Assembly (NCBI GenBank): GCA_964590225.1
Contig: CAZPWS010000051.1
Location: 1-22,661 of the forward strand
Reading direction: 5' to 3'
From: an uncultured Fibrobacterota bacterium
Lineage (GTDB): Bacteria > Fibrobacterota > OXYB2-FULL-49-7 > JAEUSG01
Length of the DNA stretch: 22,661 nucleotides
Shown here: piece by piece, positions 22,371-22,661 of the stretch
Layout of the letters: every line of letters starts with the position of its first letter
Numbering within the stretch: position 1 is the first letter of the stretch
Program-made: the position numbers and the translations under genes
Notes under the pieces: generated by a model
The model's database searches: none
What the model was told of the DNA's origin: nothing
Seen by the model: the letters and a program-made list of their open reading frames with translations, nothing else

Positions 22371-22661
22371 ATGGCAAGAATCTCGAAAGCTGAGCTTGTT
22401 AAGCTCCAGAAAACACTCAAGACGGACGCCCTTATTGGGGATAAGTTCGGTATTTCACGGCAGGCAGTTCACCAGCTCCGCCAGAAGTACGGTCTTGACT
22501 ACAACAAGACCAAAAACAAAGAGAGAAACGACAAAATCATGTCTCTCTACAAAAAGAATGTAACCGGGACAAAGATCGCCGAAGCAGTTGGCGTATCAAT
22601 TTCTCAGGTTTACCGTATCATTGCGATTGGCAAAAGAGCTGCAAAAAAAGGCAAGAAATAA
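22371..22661 (+). CDS. Small basic DNA-binding protein with two tandem helix-turn-helix motifs
   Basis: 96 aa, complete, with TAA at 22659-22661. HTH-1 is DALIGDKFGISRQAVHQLRQK. HTH-2 is GTKIAEAVGVSISQVYRIIAI. Lys-rich tail KRAAKKGKK. Strong RBS. Confidence 0.65.
   Translation: MARISKAELVKLQKTLKTDALIGDKFGISRQAVHQLRQKYGLDYNKTKNKERNDKIMSLYKKNVTGTKIAEAVGVSISQVYRIIAIGKRAAKKGKK

Noticed and set aside
1-22661. CRISPR arrays, tRNA/rRNA genes, IS elements and toxin-antitoxin or defence-system signatures
   Set aside because: I saw no regularly spaced repeats, cloverleaf-capable intergenic segments or nuclease/ATPase defence-type domains. Intergenic space is too small, with 258 nt as the largest gap.

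Overview
Gene-dense, apparently chromosomal bacterial window of about 22.7 kb. I support 26 protein-coding genes and recognise no rRNA, tRNA, CRISPR array, transposase or integrase. By eye the sequence is AT-rich, roughly 40% GC. A T9SS-type C-terminal sorting domain on a secreted protease suggests an FCB-superphylum-like organism. A flgM gene behind a near-consensus sigma-28 promoter suggests it is flagellated. This taxonomy is inference only. Contents in order: (1) an aminotransferase translationally coupled to a large exported transglutaminase-like protein. (2) A nine-gene arsenic/organoarsenical island at 3206-9242, split into two same-strand operons: arsR, ArsP-like permease, small thioredoxin, membrane-anchored CxxC protein and CcdA-like membrane protein, then arsM, arsR, arsC and acr3. 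(3) recO, a GNAT gene and an outer-membrane beta-barrel-like gene on the minus strand. (4) A membrane-tethered AraC-type regulator with a large extracytoplasmic domain. (5) A BatD/DUF4381-like membrane protein. (6) A small lipoprotein, ftsX and a degenerate-LytM EnvC-like gene, with no ftsE. (7) A complete AmmeMemoRadiSam triad (radical SAM, Memo, AMMECR1). (8) An S8 subtilase. (9) flgM with a rho-independent terminator. (10) A DUF4416-like gene diverging from a small tandem-HTH protein. The loci most worth follow-up are the thioredoxin / periplasmic Trx-fold / CcdA-like triad inside the ars island and the function-unknown AmmeMemoRadiSam triad. Also worth a look are the kinase-less membrane-tethered AraC regulator, the structured RNA-like element inside the first ars operon, and the tandem-HTH gene with its repeat-bearing control region. 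All family assignments come from motif recognition by eye. No database search was run.
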